A DNA stretch of 64,000 nt. It comes from Chrysomallon squamiferum. Its lineage: Eukaryota > Animalia > Mollusca. Of this stretch, positions 1 to 13,147 are shown piece by piece. The stretch covers positions 13,764,001 through 13,828,000 of the forward strand of contig CM022673.1 of the NCBI GenBank assembly GCA_012295275.1, in the 5' to 3' direction. The number at the start of each line of letters is the position of its first letter. The first letter of the stretch is position 1. Below the pieces are notes generated by a model. It was not told where the DNA came from. It was given only the letters and a program-made list of their open reading frames with translations, and did not search any database. The translations under genes were made by a program, and so were the position numbers.

Positions 1-3000
1 GCTGTTCTTCAGCTTTGTGACGCTTCTTCTCCGCTTTCAACTTACCCTAGAAAACACAGTTTCAAACATACATACTTCACAGTCTCATTTCAGTGTATTG
101 GGAAAAACAATGGTTTATAATTTGGTTTCCTTTTCCAGTCTTTTTGAAACCTAATCATTTAAAATGGTTTGAGTTAAAACTCTGGAATTAATGACCAGTT
201 AGAGATATAACCAAAACAAAACAATTTGTTTTTAATTTTCACTCGTGTATATGAGGATAAATATTATTTTAAATATGAACGTGAATGACAATCTAGTAAA
301 GAAGAGAATAATATTCAAACTTTTTTTTTATTAAACAGTACAGTGTGGAGCTGCAGTTTCATTTTACCACTGAATAACTCTTTTATTATTTTACTTTTCA
401 CTTTCTCAGAAATTGTGATGATGACGAAGCGTTGTAGTTTAAATTAGCAGTGACAAACACTTTAATTTTTGTCAGAAACTAACATGAAAATAATATGAAA
501 TGTTACCTCTCTGGAAAGCTGGAATCTGCCAATCTTGTCGATAAAATAAAACACAAGCTGCATCAGTGGTTTCATAAATTCCATGTCAGATGTCTTTGTC
601 TTTCCTTTGCCTGGAACTGTGTGGTACAAATATTTTATAAAATAAATGATCTAATATCTAGGTCATAATTTAATCAATTAAAATGCACTGTTTGCAACAA
701 TTAGCAAGTATACATTTTAATTATCTTCACCTGTGATTTTATTTATCATTGTTCATTGCTAATGTGTGAGAGGTATATTACAAGGAGATGCATATACAAC
801 TGTTACTGTATATATTAAGTGGACAAACTTTTCACCATATGAAATAAAGGTAATATTATTAGAGAATATGAAAAATATGTTATCTTAGCAAAAAGGAAAT
901 ATTTTTTTGGAATACATATCAACTACAAGGCAGATAAATGTTTCTATCAAGTTTTCTCAAGTACATTTTGAGTTATTCATGCATGTACAAAATTCAATTA
1001 TGTAAGCAGATTTCTGAAAATAAATGAAATTTAATTAAGTAGAAAGGGCATTTCATAATTACAGTATCTCTCTCTTTTTAAGGTTGTGATAAAATTATTT
1101 ACCATTAAAACAGAACAGCAGGACAGCCTTGGCAGTGGGCAGTTTGGCTGGCTGTGAGTCACTAAAAATATAAACATCAAACAGATGTAAGATTTACACA
1201 CACACACACACACACACACCTATATATATAATATTTTGTGGATCACTAAAACATCAACTTCTGTTCAGGGCAAAATTTCAGACTCTAGGGGCCTAGCTAT
1301 TTGCAAACTGTCAACATATGTTTTTGAAGTAAAATAGATGTTAACTGTTCTTTTTCTGAAAGTAAAATCTGATCTGAGACTTGCTACTTACTCCTGGTTT
1401 TTCGGTCCAGAATACTGATCAGAGAAATGTATATATTCGATCAATCCTTCATACTTCGTCAAAACCTGACACACCTTCTTGTCAAGAACAGCAGCAGTGA
1501 CCTCTCCCATCTCAGTCAGTATCTGATAACTGTTTGGAATATCATACTTCTCCACCGCTTTCTTCTCTGTAAAATAGTTCTGTAAGCAAATAATAACAAC
1601 AGTAATACTGTCAATAATAATTATAATAAAAACAGGTAGGGATCCACACACAGTGAGATATGTAGATAATTTGTTATTCAGTCAGTCGGTATGTTGTGCA
1701 TAACTCAGATAATTCAGGCTAACAAATGACATAATTAAGAATACATTTTACTCTGTTTGATGTGAATTTCAACAAGTTGAATAACAGCATGAAGAATAAA
1801 TACAGTACATCAGATATATAATCTAATAACCAAGTGTAAAGAGAGGTAGAAAATTTCAAGTTAGGGGTCTGAATAAGAAATAATCTGACAACAGAGTTAG
1901 GAAGATTAATGCAGTGAAAGACAGAACTTACTAAATCTAACATGTCTTTGTGAAGCTTCACTGCAATCTTTCTATTGGCTACAGCAAAAACAAACTTCTC
2001 CATCACAGACTTGTCCATGTCAACTGTGACTATCTGAATTAATAAAATAAAAATTAAATAAATAAAGTTTGTTAAAAACATTTGAAAATGTAAGTATATC
2101 ACTAAAACATACAATGTTCCTTTATATACACATATTTAATCTTATCAGACTTTTTATTCTGCATTTTGAGTTTAGTTGGAATTAAGTGTGTTTGTCACTT
2201 AGTATGTTTCTAAGTCTGTCTGTATTTTTGTAAATTATGAGTATTTGAGTTAGCTTGTGGATTTAAACTAGATGAAGTGCTTAATGTTTTCAGAAATAAA
2301 TTAAAATGAAAAATAATAAAACAAAGTTTCTTGTAGAATGATTCGCTTGAAATTTTAATCTGCAGTTATTATTTAAAACCAGATGTCATTTTACATAAAT
2401 CCAACAAACAATAATCTCATTCAATATGTGAACAAAACTTATGTATTACCAAAGTCAGATGCAAGAGAAATTTTAGTGAAAATAACAAGAAAAGATGTTA
2501 TATATCAATCAAATAATATTCTTACAATACCTGTTCACTTGATTTGAATTCATAAATAAATATGAGTACAAATCCTGAAACAAAATTTGATATTACATAT
2601 ATCAAACACACAACAACTGCCTCTTGAAAAAGACTTCATCACTTGATCTGAATCAGTTACCCAAACATATCTAACAAACAATAAGTCCTCACCACTTGAT
2701 CTGATGCTGGTTTGAACATTCTGAGTAATGTATTTATGAGGTCCTGTCGTTTGAGTAGTTTCAGTTCAACCAACATCCCTCCACACACACACACGACCAC
2801 TGCACCACAGAGCGTAAATGTTTTCTGACTCTTTGATGAAAGTCCCAGATGTAACCTCCTTTGATGTTCCATCATCACCTGAAACAAAAAAAAAATAATA
2901 ATAATAATAATTTATTTAAACTATTTAATATTATATTTATCATTTATCAGTGTTAGTTAAATATTAAAATAATAATCAAATTTAGATTATTTTTTATTTT

Positions 3001-5260
3001 ATTACTAATAATGGAACAAAATTATTCTGATATTTAAAAAATGTGTAGCTCTATATATTACTAAACACATGCATTTAAAATATATATATAAATGTAATAA
3101 ACTTGGACCTTTATATTTCTCATAATGATGTACTGTTTTACAGGTGTTACCTCTCACAGGTCCCAGGCTATTTAAATCACCTGACATCACACCAATATTA
3201 TACACTATTACAACCGTTACAATTTTTTTATTCATTCAGTTTTTCACAAACAAAGAAAATGTACAAGCAGTGCAACATAAAATATATTTTTGGTGATTTT
3301 TTAAAACAGATTTCTAAAACAAAAACGAACAGCATTAAAATTTTCTTAGTGTGCAATGTTTTTTAAGGAAAAAACGTGGTGCCATGAAGAGTTGAAAAAG
3401 TTTGCTCACCAACAATAGAGAAGTTAGTCTCTAACAGCTCTCTGTGTGAGTTGAGCCAGGCCTGAGCCAGTTTGCCATTCTTTGTCTTGCCAGCAAGGAA
3501 ATTGAGAAAATAAACACCAAGGCCAGCAATCATCAGCATCTCCAAATAAAAACTGTCCCAGTTGGTGCGCAGGTGCAGTGGAACCTGGAGAGAATAAACA
3601 GTTATTACAATAACATCAAACCAGAGAAAGAAACTGATTTTTTAAATTATGTCAAAGTTAAGCTTCTATAAGACTATATCAGATTTATGTTTCTACTGCA
3701 CTACTGATTTTTGAAACAGTACTTTAAATAGTAATAGGAATGGCATTATATTCAACACAAGAAATGACAAACAAGGTAAAATTAATGAATTCAGCAATAC
3801 AGAAGTATTTTATAAATTTCCTTTAAAATAAAAATAAGCTTGGGTTTTTCGGATTGGCTACACTGCTATACAGTGGTTCTTTTTCATTCAGAACTGTTAG
3901 GTATCATCAGTGGTGAATCAACAAATGGCTGATCAGTGCTTGTGCCAGAGATACTCTCCACAGGAAACATACAAAATTATTATTTAATATAAGTTTCTTT
4001 TTTTCAGCAGTTATACTGTAAATTTTCTCTCTTTACAATTTACAATAATTCTGATAACCAATGTATTAAGGAAAATATGATGTAAAGACAGAGTTCCTCT
4101 TGGATTAGTAAATAAAGTACAATTTAAGTAAAATATACCTTTGCCATTTCAAGATCAGGCAGTTTTTCCTGACTTTTTCCTTTCTTTGATGTCTGATCTT
4201 TGTCAAAACCTTCAAACTCATCTTCATCATGAAGATGTTCAAATTCCTCATCATCTGTTTCTTCCTCTGTCTAAAACAAATGTAACAAAACCAGTTACAA
4301 TATTTACAGAATGTTACTAATAACAGTATATAAGGGGCCTGAGAAACTTTGAGTATTTGATTTGATACCCACACACCCACATATTTGATTCATCCTTAAA
4401 TTATTTTATTCCAAACAAAATTTGTTAAAACCCCCACAAAAAACCACAATGATATGTAACAGGAGGAAGAATTATCACATTATATCTAAAGTTTTACATT
4501 CACATGGTTTGTATCATATGGTTGCTTGCTTAATAAAAATCACACAAAATATCACATCTGGAACACATTTATCATTCTATGTGTTTGGCGACTTCATCAT
4601 ACACCTAACAATGTACAATATCAAAACATTTTGTTTAAGTACTAGATAATTATTATAAGACATCACAGAACATTTTCTTAGATTACAGACATTCACTAAA
4701 ATTTAATACTGTAATTAAAAATTGAATAATAAAATTATGCTATAAATTTTGGAATTGTCTTCTGACTTCTAAAACTTGCGCAGTGATTCACAATATGATA
4801 ATGAACAAATATTTTGTTGAACATAATAAATTTGCTCTGTATTTTCAAAACACTCAATAATGTAAGTTATAGAAACCTCAACTACAGCCTCTTCATCATC
4901 ATCTTCATTTGATTGTACACTGCGAGGTTCTTCTTTACTTTTCTTAGCATCACCATCTACAGTTTTCTGTTCTGTTACCACTGAGTCTTCATCTACAGTT
5001 ATACAAAATAAATATCACCATCTAACTACTAAATAATTGATATTCATCTATTATTAGTAACAGTTATCAATTGATAAATACTGATAATATTTCCTAGATT
5101 ATCAGAACAGAGAGAGAGAAAGAGAGAGAGAGAGCGAGCGAAACTAGTTACCTTCATCAAACTCTTCAAATTCAGCAAATTCATTGTCTTCCGCTGGACT
5201 GTTTGCTGCTAAACACAGCCCAACAATCAACACAACAACGACTATCAGACAGAACCTCAT
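1..5260 (-). CDS. CCDC47: CCDC47 (PAT complex subunit / calumin), 3' end beyond the left edge
   Basis: Minus-strand coding exons 5260-5152, 4992-4877, 4270-4139, 3584-3410, 2878-2693, 2033-1932, 1579-1392, 1161-1103, 616-507, 46-1, all GT-AG. Peptides include signal peptide [93 protein letters not shown] and GKLKAEKKR, all recognisable CCDC47 blocks. One frame break at ~2777-2794. Confidence 0.95.
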
Positions 5261-5984
5261 CTTCTCACTGTTTATAAAAGAAAATAATATATATATTATT
5301 TGTAACAGTAAACCATGTCTTTTCTACATTGTGACTAGCCTTTATTAAAAATAAATAAATGCTACTCTGTTATTTTACAGCCTTTGTCACAGTTTGTGAT
5401 ATATTATGATGATTATTACAATTACTGAATTAGTAATTTTTTTTATATATATTTAATCTTTATGACAAATTTTAACATTTAATGATACATGCACCTTCTC
5501 ATAAAAGAAAGTATATGTCATCATTAGCTACAATGACATTAAAGGCTAAACTCTGTCTCTAAAACAATTTTAACTTTTCATACATTCACGACTTCCCTTA
5601 TTAATGATACTACTGATACATCCTACTGTGACAGTGATAGTAATACTAACAGCACCGATACTGATAGTGATATTAGACTATACACAGTATGACTGGTAGT
5701 GATAATAATACCGATAGGATAGATAAACTTTATCATAAAGTGATAAACTTGATAAACTTAAAGCCTAATACAAATTACAATCAATGAATCATTGAATCAT
5801 ACAATGTATTCTAAATTCTAATCAAACGCATGTTTTAAACATTTCTAAATACATCAGTGAACACACTTATATTGATACACTTACTATAATCGATATTATC
5901 TATTTCTAACAAAATTAACCTGAGCTCATTCATACACATTAATAATTATTTTCCAAAGAAAATAAAAAACATCTAAAATATTAC

Positions 5985-6030
5985 CCACGCTCATATATAC
6001 CGGAAGTACCGGAAGTTTAATGGCGACTTC
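5985..6030. promoter_or_regulatory. Bidirectional promoter core between CCDC47 and the RING gene: tandem ETS/GABP sites and a YY1-like site
   Basis: CCGGAAGT at 6000-6007 and 6009-6016, followed by TAATGGCG at ~6018-6025. CpG-containing patch in AT-rich DNA between two divergent genes. Confidence 0.7.
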
Positions 6031-6732
6031 TTTTGTGGTCTCATAAATAGTTTGAAAATATTATATACAAATGTTATATACCTATAACATTCATATTAAT
6101 AAGAAAGTTGATGTAAACACAACACTCATCTAAAATATAAATGTGCTAGAGCGGATGTAATTAGTTTTTGTTTATATTTTAGTATCTATTTTATTTTATA
6201 AACTTTTATATGAATGTACACAGTACAGTGAACTAAAATTATCTCCCTTTTGGTTGTTTACAAATGGCAACGTAGAAATTATCTTACATTTTATGCACTT
6301 TATATTGAATGTTTGTTTTTTTTTAAATACAAAAACAAAAGGAAAACTTTTACTGCCTAAATATGAAGAAGTCTGAAGTTTCAGAAAAGGTATTTTATAT
6401 CTAACATATTTTATACTTATGAGCATTTGATGAGTTCGGTCTCCTGTAGTTAGGGTCTCACATGAGACGTTTTAAATCCATTATTATTATTATCATTGTT
6501 GTTGTTATTGTTATTGTTGTTGTTATTGTTATTGTTATTATTCATAATTTAAAAAATATATATTACTGATAAAAACTACAGTGATTTTTAAAATTAAGAA
6601 TTTATAAATACCTTATCAAATAAATGGCAACAATGTCATCATGTTAATTGTCCTTTTTGTCACAATATTTGTTGAACTTTACCATAACTGCAAGTAAAAG
6701 TTTACATATTTCTGAAGGTAAAAGAAATACGT

Positions 6733-9700
6733 ATGAGACAGCAGAACTGGCTAAAACAGAGGAATGAAGAGAAACAGAGCAATTCCAAAGGTGATAATTT
6801 GATAGTTATTGTTAAAAATGTAAACAGTTTACATATTTTTAGTTAGACCAGTAAATATATTTAATTTATATGTGTGTGTGTGTGTGTGTGTGATAGATGG
6901 ACAGATATATGTATTTATATTATGTATTTATCTGTTTTTATATGTTATTTGTAATGTTTGGTACATTATAATTATTCGAGACTTTTAAATTAAATATTAT
7001 ATTCATAATGTAACCTGTAGCATAAATTAGTATATGTTACATCAAGAACAACTGTAAACACAACTGCAATAGTATTACTGTGGAATGAAGCTCTAAATCT
7101 TATACTAAATTATCCTAATTTTTTTTTTTTTTTTAGCTTCTGTTAAAACCAACTCTAATATTAAATCGCAAACTACAAAATCATCAAGTCAGAAAAAGAG
7201 TTCAGAACCTTCAAAACTAACATCACTTGAGCAGACCTCAACAAAATTAAACCATAAAGCCAGCGAAAAAATCAACACAAATGAAAAATTCAAAAACTGG
7301 TTGCAGTCCAGGAACTCACAAAAATCAGAGTCAAGAGAAGAAGAACACACTGTAGAGCCTAAAACTTACAGACTAACATCAGCCAAAACCAGACATAACA
7401 GTCAAGGCAGAGAATCAAGTGATGATGGAGCAGAATATTGTGATAGAGATGGAGTCCAAAGTAGATTTATCTCCCCTGATGAGTTTAGTGATTTAGCAGA
7501 CAGAATTGCCAGTAAAGTGAAAAATGAATTACATATTTCTGACACTGGACGCTTGGGTAAAAAACTAAAGTCTGGAAGTCTACTTAATTATTCACCAAGT
7601 TCCACAGATGAAACATGTGATGTTTCTTTATCTAGCCACCATTGTACCATCTGTTCCAAACTGATGGTAAGTGAAAAAAATAAAAATAAAAAAATAAAAA
7701 TAAAGATAAAAATAATAATAAAAATGATATATTTGCTAGTTAGTTTTGTATTTTGAAAATGTGCAGATTGGTTTATATATTACTAGTACTAATATGGATA
7801 ATTTTCACAACATTTATATATATATATATATGGATTTGTAATTATTAGAATAAAACATTTTGGTTTTTAATATTTACTGTGTAAAAAAGACCATCTGAAC
7901 AGAAGGGGTCATGATTTGAAACAAATATGAGAAAAAATATAAACAAAATGAAAGCAAAAGATCTATAATAGTGTTGTCTCTCACAACATACACATACACA
8001 TCCACAGACACATACATATAAATATACATTCATATATGTTTATTTAGATAGATGCAGAACACCTGCCTATGCTACTGATACCATGTGGACACTGTCTGTG
8101 TAGAAGTTGTTCTGATGGAAAACTTGTCTGTCCAGTCTGTTCCTGTTCTGTGTCCTCGTTAGCCTGTAACATCATGTTACAGCAGATCATTCAGGAATAC
8201 CAGGTCAAACGAAAACACACACGGACAGAGAGACAACAGAGGAGTCATTCCTATTCACCCCACAGATACTCAGAAACAAAAGGTACAATGCAGAACATCA
8301 TGTGGGCAAAATGTACAAATATAATTTCATTAAAATAAAATTTTAAATGTTTATAGTTGTTACTGTTATAATAAATGAGAGAATGCACTCAGTGCACCCT
8401 GATTGAATCCATATTAATTTATTTATTTATAATTATCATTATCATTATTATCATCATGATCATTATCATTATTATCATCATCATCATTCATTATTATTAT
8501 TCATTTCCCTGGATAGAGAGGAATATTTATTCAAGTTGTCACTGAGAACTGATGTTATATTTTATAATAGATCAGGTTAAATATATTACAATGAATTCAG
8601 TAAATTGTATTTATTATATTGTGTATCGTGTATAAGATAATGACTCACAAAGCCACACTAAAATAGTCAGTTTCTTGTAGGTTATATTGTGTATTGGTTT
8701 TCTTTGTGTATTCCAAGTTGAGTGTATTTCAGGTGTGAACTACCATGATAAACTTCAGAACTTGGTGACAAGACTTGAAGTGTTGAAGGAAGAAAAAGAT
8801 TCTGCTGTGTCAATTTATACCAGACTGACAGCAGATCTCAGCAAGGAACAACAGCAACTGGATAACATCTGCAGACAGGAAGATAGTATCTGCAGGTATT
8901 ATGATTTTGGTGATTGGTCAGATTTATCATTATTTAAAATGTTACTTTTCTGATTGGTTAAGATTATTTTTATGTTTGTAATTTACCAATTATAATGATC
9001 ACTTTTTGTAAAACTGGTAAATAAATTCATTGTTTTTTAACTGTAATAATCATTTCATTGTTGTGATTAGTCAGATGTTATATTCTTATATTATCTTCAA
9101 AGCATTAGAACGCATTAGTAAAAATATTTCTTAATAATTTAATAAAAACTAAATGAATTAATAGTTGACTACAAAAATTTATTACTTCTCCCATAATATG
9201 TAAAACAAAATATATTTTAAAAATAATCAAATATATATATATATATATACACACATAAACATAAACATAACAATTTATATAGAAAAGAATTCAGTAAAAA
9301 GTAGACTGATAAATGGCTCATACATACCATACACATCTATAAAACTGAATATAAAACAAACATGAATAATTTCTATTCCAGACAAATAGAGTCCCTGAAA
9401 GAAAAACTAGCAATGCTTCGAGATCAGAAGTCAGATTACGAAGCTGAGTGTGGTAAGAAGAAGCGAGAGAGGGATGAAGTGAAGAAACAAGTTTCCATGT
9501 TAGATCAGACAATAGAATCACTGTCTACTGAAATAGAGAAGGTACTGTCACAACATTTTCATTACAAAATAATTATAAAAAAAGCACTTTATTGTAATGA
9601 GTTAACATTCATTGAAATATGTCAGTTATTGTTACATAGTGTAGTAATCAGGTTTGTTTATGATTCTCAGTGGGGTTTGTCAATGAGAAGAGACAGCCTT

Positions 9701-10072
9701 GAATGCCGGTTAATTATAAATGGGAAAGTCCATAAAAATTTCTGTAATTGCTAATCAAAACTGAGTCACCCATCAAAAGGGCAGTGAATTTTATTTCATT
9801 TATCTTATCCTTAACTATAGGTTTGTAACCAACATTTAAAAATGTATAAAGGATCATCAAAACAAATATATATTTCTTCCATTATCAACAGGATTTTCCA
9901 TCACATTCATATTCTACATACTAATGGTGTTGTTATAATTAATTGACTTGTTATTTTCTGATCTCTCCTTCTCTGTTCTTCTCTCTTATCATCTGTCTTT
10001 TAAAATTTGAAATTAATAATTGTTATTCCACAGGTTCGCCTGCTCAGTGAAGGATGTGACATGATTCATTAA
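6733..10072 (+). CDS. RING-finger (C3HC4-type) protein with Ser/Lys-rich N-terminus and C-terminal coiled coil, ~394 aa; putative E3 ligase
   Basis: Exons 6733-6790, 7137-7666, 8048-8282, 8733-8895, 9382-9541, 10034-10072 join in phase (1185 nt). RING motif split by an intron: CTIC-SKLM|IDAEHLPMLLIP-CGH-CL-CRSC-SDGKLV-CPVC, followed by heptad-like segments (DKLQNLVTRLEVLKEEK; QIESLKEKLAMLRDQK). The start codon is the least certain part. Confidence 0.8.
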
Positions 10073-11977
10073 ATGGAATTGATAAAACCACGTTAGCAGA
10101 ACACAACTTTACTTGCACTGTTTCCTGTACTGGTGTAACAGAACCACACAAAATCAGATGAGGAAAAGATGAGTTAGTGGAGAGTGTAAAGCAAACAGGG
10201 CCAAGACAGAATATGGAATAATAAAATACAAAAAAAAAATGTCTAACAGGATGGATGTATTGGCATTAGTAAAAACAATATAGAAAGAGTTACACAATAA
10301 TCATAAGCAAACAACACTGACCAGTTAGGAGTGAGACATGAACTAAAATCATGAATTTAATATTTTATATACGTCTGTACATGCAAATTAATGTGAATTT
10401 TTCCATCTGTGGAGGTCAAGGGATTCTAACATAGTTCTGTAATTGTGGAAACATTCTAAATTTACAAACTCATTTTGTAGATTTGGAACAGTGTAGAAAA
10501 TATATTTTGTTATTAAACTGTCACTGAAAATAATGGAATTTTCATTCAGTGAAAACAAGATTATAATAATAATAATAATAATTTTTCTTTTAAAATCTAC
10601 TCTAAAAATTGGATTTAAAGTCATCTTAAAGAATTATTTATACTGTTGACCAGTGCAGATTAAAAGCGTAATTTTTTTTTTTTTTTCTAACATATTCATA
10701 ATCTTAGTGACTCAATATCTTGTTATTGTTGCTTTCTAAAACATACCAATGATATAGTTGAAAATAAAATATATTTATCTTTATGTGTGTATAATCTATT
10801 TAGTCATATATAGTTGAATAATTTGGATATTTGAATGTTTATATTTAATACTGAGAAAGTAAAGTATTTTAGTTACATATATTAATATATTCTGTTTATT
10901 TATTATTTCTGTAATAAAAACTGACAAAGTACTATTCGTTTGTTTACATTGTTTGTAACTGTTTATAATTAGTTTTTACAATGTCTTATAAATAGGGCAA
11001 CATTCAATGAAAGTGTATTCCTGTTATGACAAACTATATTGAAGAATAAAAAAGAAGAGAGAACTGAAGTGTCAGTGAGTTAGATGAATCAGCTAATTTA
11101 ATAAAAACAAAAAATAATAATTATCCATTTGACAGGTCAGTCAGATTTTCATTTTCAGTTAAAATTGGAAAATCTACTAAAGAATTATCTTCATTACAGG
11201 TCACATGACATTCAAAATGCCAGTCATAACTGGCTGAATGGTGTATAACAATGACTAGCCACATAAATTAGTTTAATATTAAGAATAATAATAAATAATA
11301 AACCTCTCTCCCTCCTATTTATATTTCAAATTGTGATTTTACGTAAAAATCTGAGATCCTTCCCATATATGATTTTGAATAATTTTCTAACAGTGAACCT
11401 CCCTGATTTAAAATGTTTATATAAATAATAACATTTCACATGTTTCATAAAATTAATTCCCAAAATCAAAATAAAATAAAATAAAATATAAATAAAAACT
11501 GTCTTCTAAAAACAGCATTTTATTCATTATGATAAATAATAATAATTTCAAATAATAATTCCTCCTTTTCATCGTTTTTGTTTTTTATTAAAACAGTTAT
11601 AATTAATTTTAAAATAAAAATATAAAACACTTAAAAATTTTATTCATTAATAAATAATAATAATAATAATATCGTTTTATTTTTCGATGGCTGTTTTCTC
11701 TCCAATTCCGATAATAATAATAATAATAATAATAAACAATTGGTCCTACAGATTTCCGTGCTACAGTTTATTTATTAAAACAAAAATGAACAGTCCTGTA
11801 AAAAAATTCAAAAGAAGCTATCCCGGTGTGAGATTTTGTTTCGGGATGCTCTAAATCAAAATTCGGACAAATTTCAATTTGTGTTGTTTACAAACCTAAT
11901 TTAAGCGTAATGCACGTGTAATTAGTGGATACTGATGGAGGGATAAAATACAACATACTGCTTGTTTCGGAATTACT

Positions 11978-13092
11978 ATGCATTCGTTGTGCGTGCAGTT
12001 TGCAGCAGTCGTTGTACTGGGGACGCAGTGTTTGCAAGGTGAGACTATTATGGGATACGACATCAGTGTTTACGTTGAACGATAAGTCGATAGAATCAAG
12101 GAATGTCAGTTTCAGAGATTGCTGTTACTGTTAGTGTTACAAATGGACGGGGTCAGGGTCATTACTATAAATAAACATGGGTAGGGAAGGGGGGTGCGTC
12201 TTGATATTTAATTATTGCTTGTTCTAACCCAGTAAATAAAAAGAAAAAGACGAACGAAATATAAATAAAGATGTTACCGTAGTAATCCTATCCCACTATC
12301 CACTATTAGTGTTACATAAACCAGCGTATTAAACGGCGGTACTGGAGAGTTAGAAAGGGGTGGTTGGTACCGAAAACCTTCCATACTTATTAACATGAAC
12401 AAACAACAGAACCCCCAAAAAAAAGAAATGAATAAATTAATTTACTTATCTAATGTTACCTAAACACAGTTTTGTTGGTATCAGCTAGGCTTTTTAATTT
12501 ATTATTATTTATATAAGGATTACATATAAACAAAGAAACAACAACAACAACAACATCAACAAGGAATAATTACTTACTTTGTTGTTCATATTATCTTCTG
12601 ATAATTTTTAAAAATTTATTTGAATATGTTTGAAATACCTTCAGTGGCACTACATATTATATTCACACTGACATTTAAACAGTAGATAGGCTGCCACTCA
12701 ATGGTATCATGTTTATATTAATATGTGTTTTTTTCTTCAGTGATGTCACAGTGTGGGGACACACCTTTTCTAGTAACACAGAGGCATTCTATATCCAACT
12801 TTATACAATCTCCTAACTACCCAGAAAACTATACTGAGTAAGTATACTCTGTAATTATTATTATTAGTAGTAGAAGTAGTAGTAATAGTACTAGTCATAT
12901 TATTTTTAATGTTACGATTATTATTGTTATGATTGTTTTATTATTATTAATATTATTATTATTATATATGATTATTAATATTATTAAAATTAGTAGTAGT
13001 AGTAATAGTAGTAGTAGTAGCAGTCATAGTAGTAGTAGTAGCAGTCATAGTATTATTACCAATGTTATGATTATTATTATTATTATTATTGA

Positions 13093-13147
<55 letters not shown>

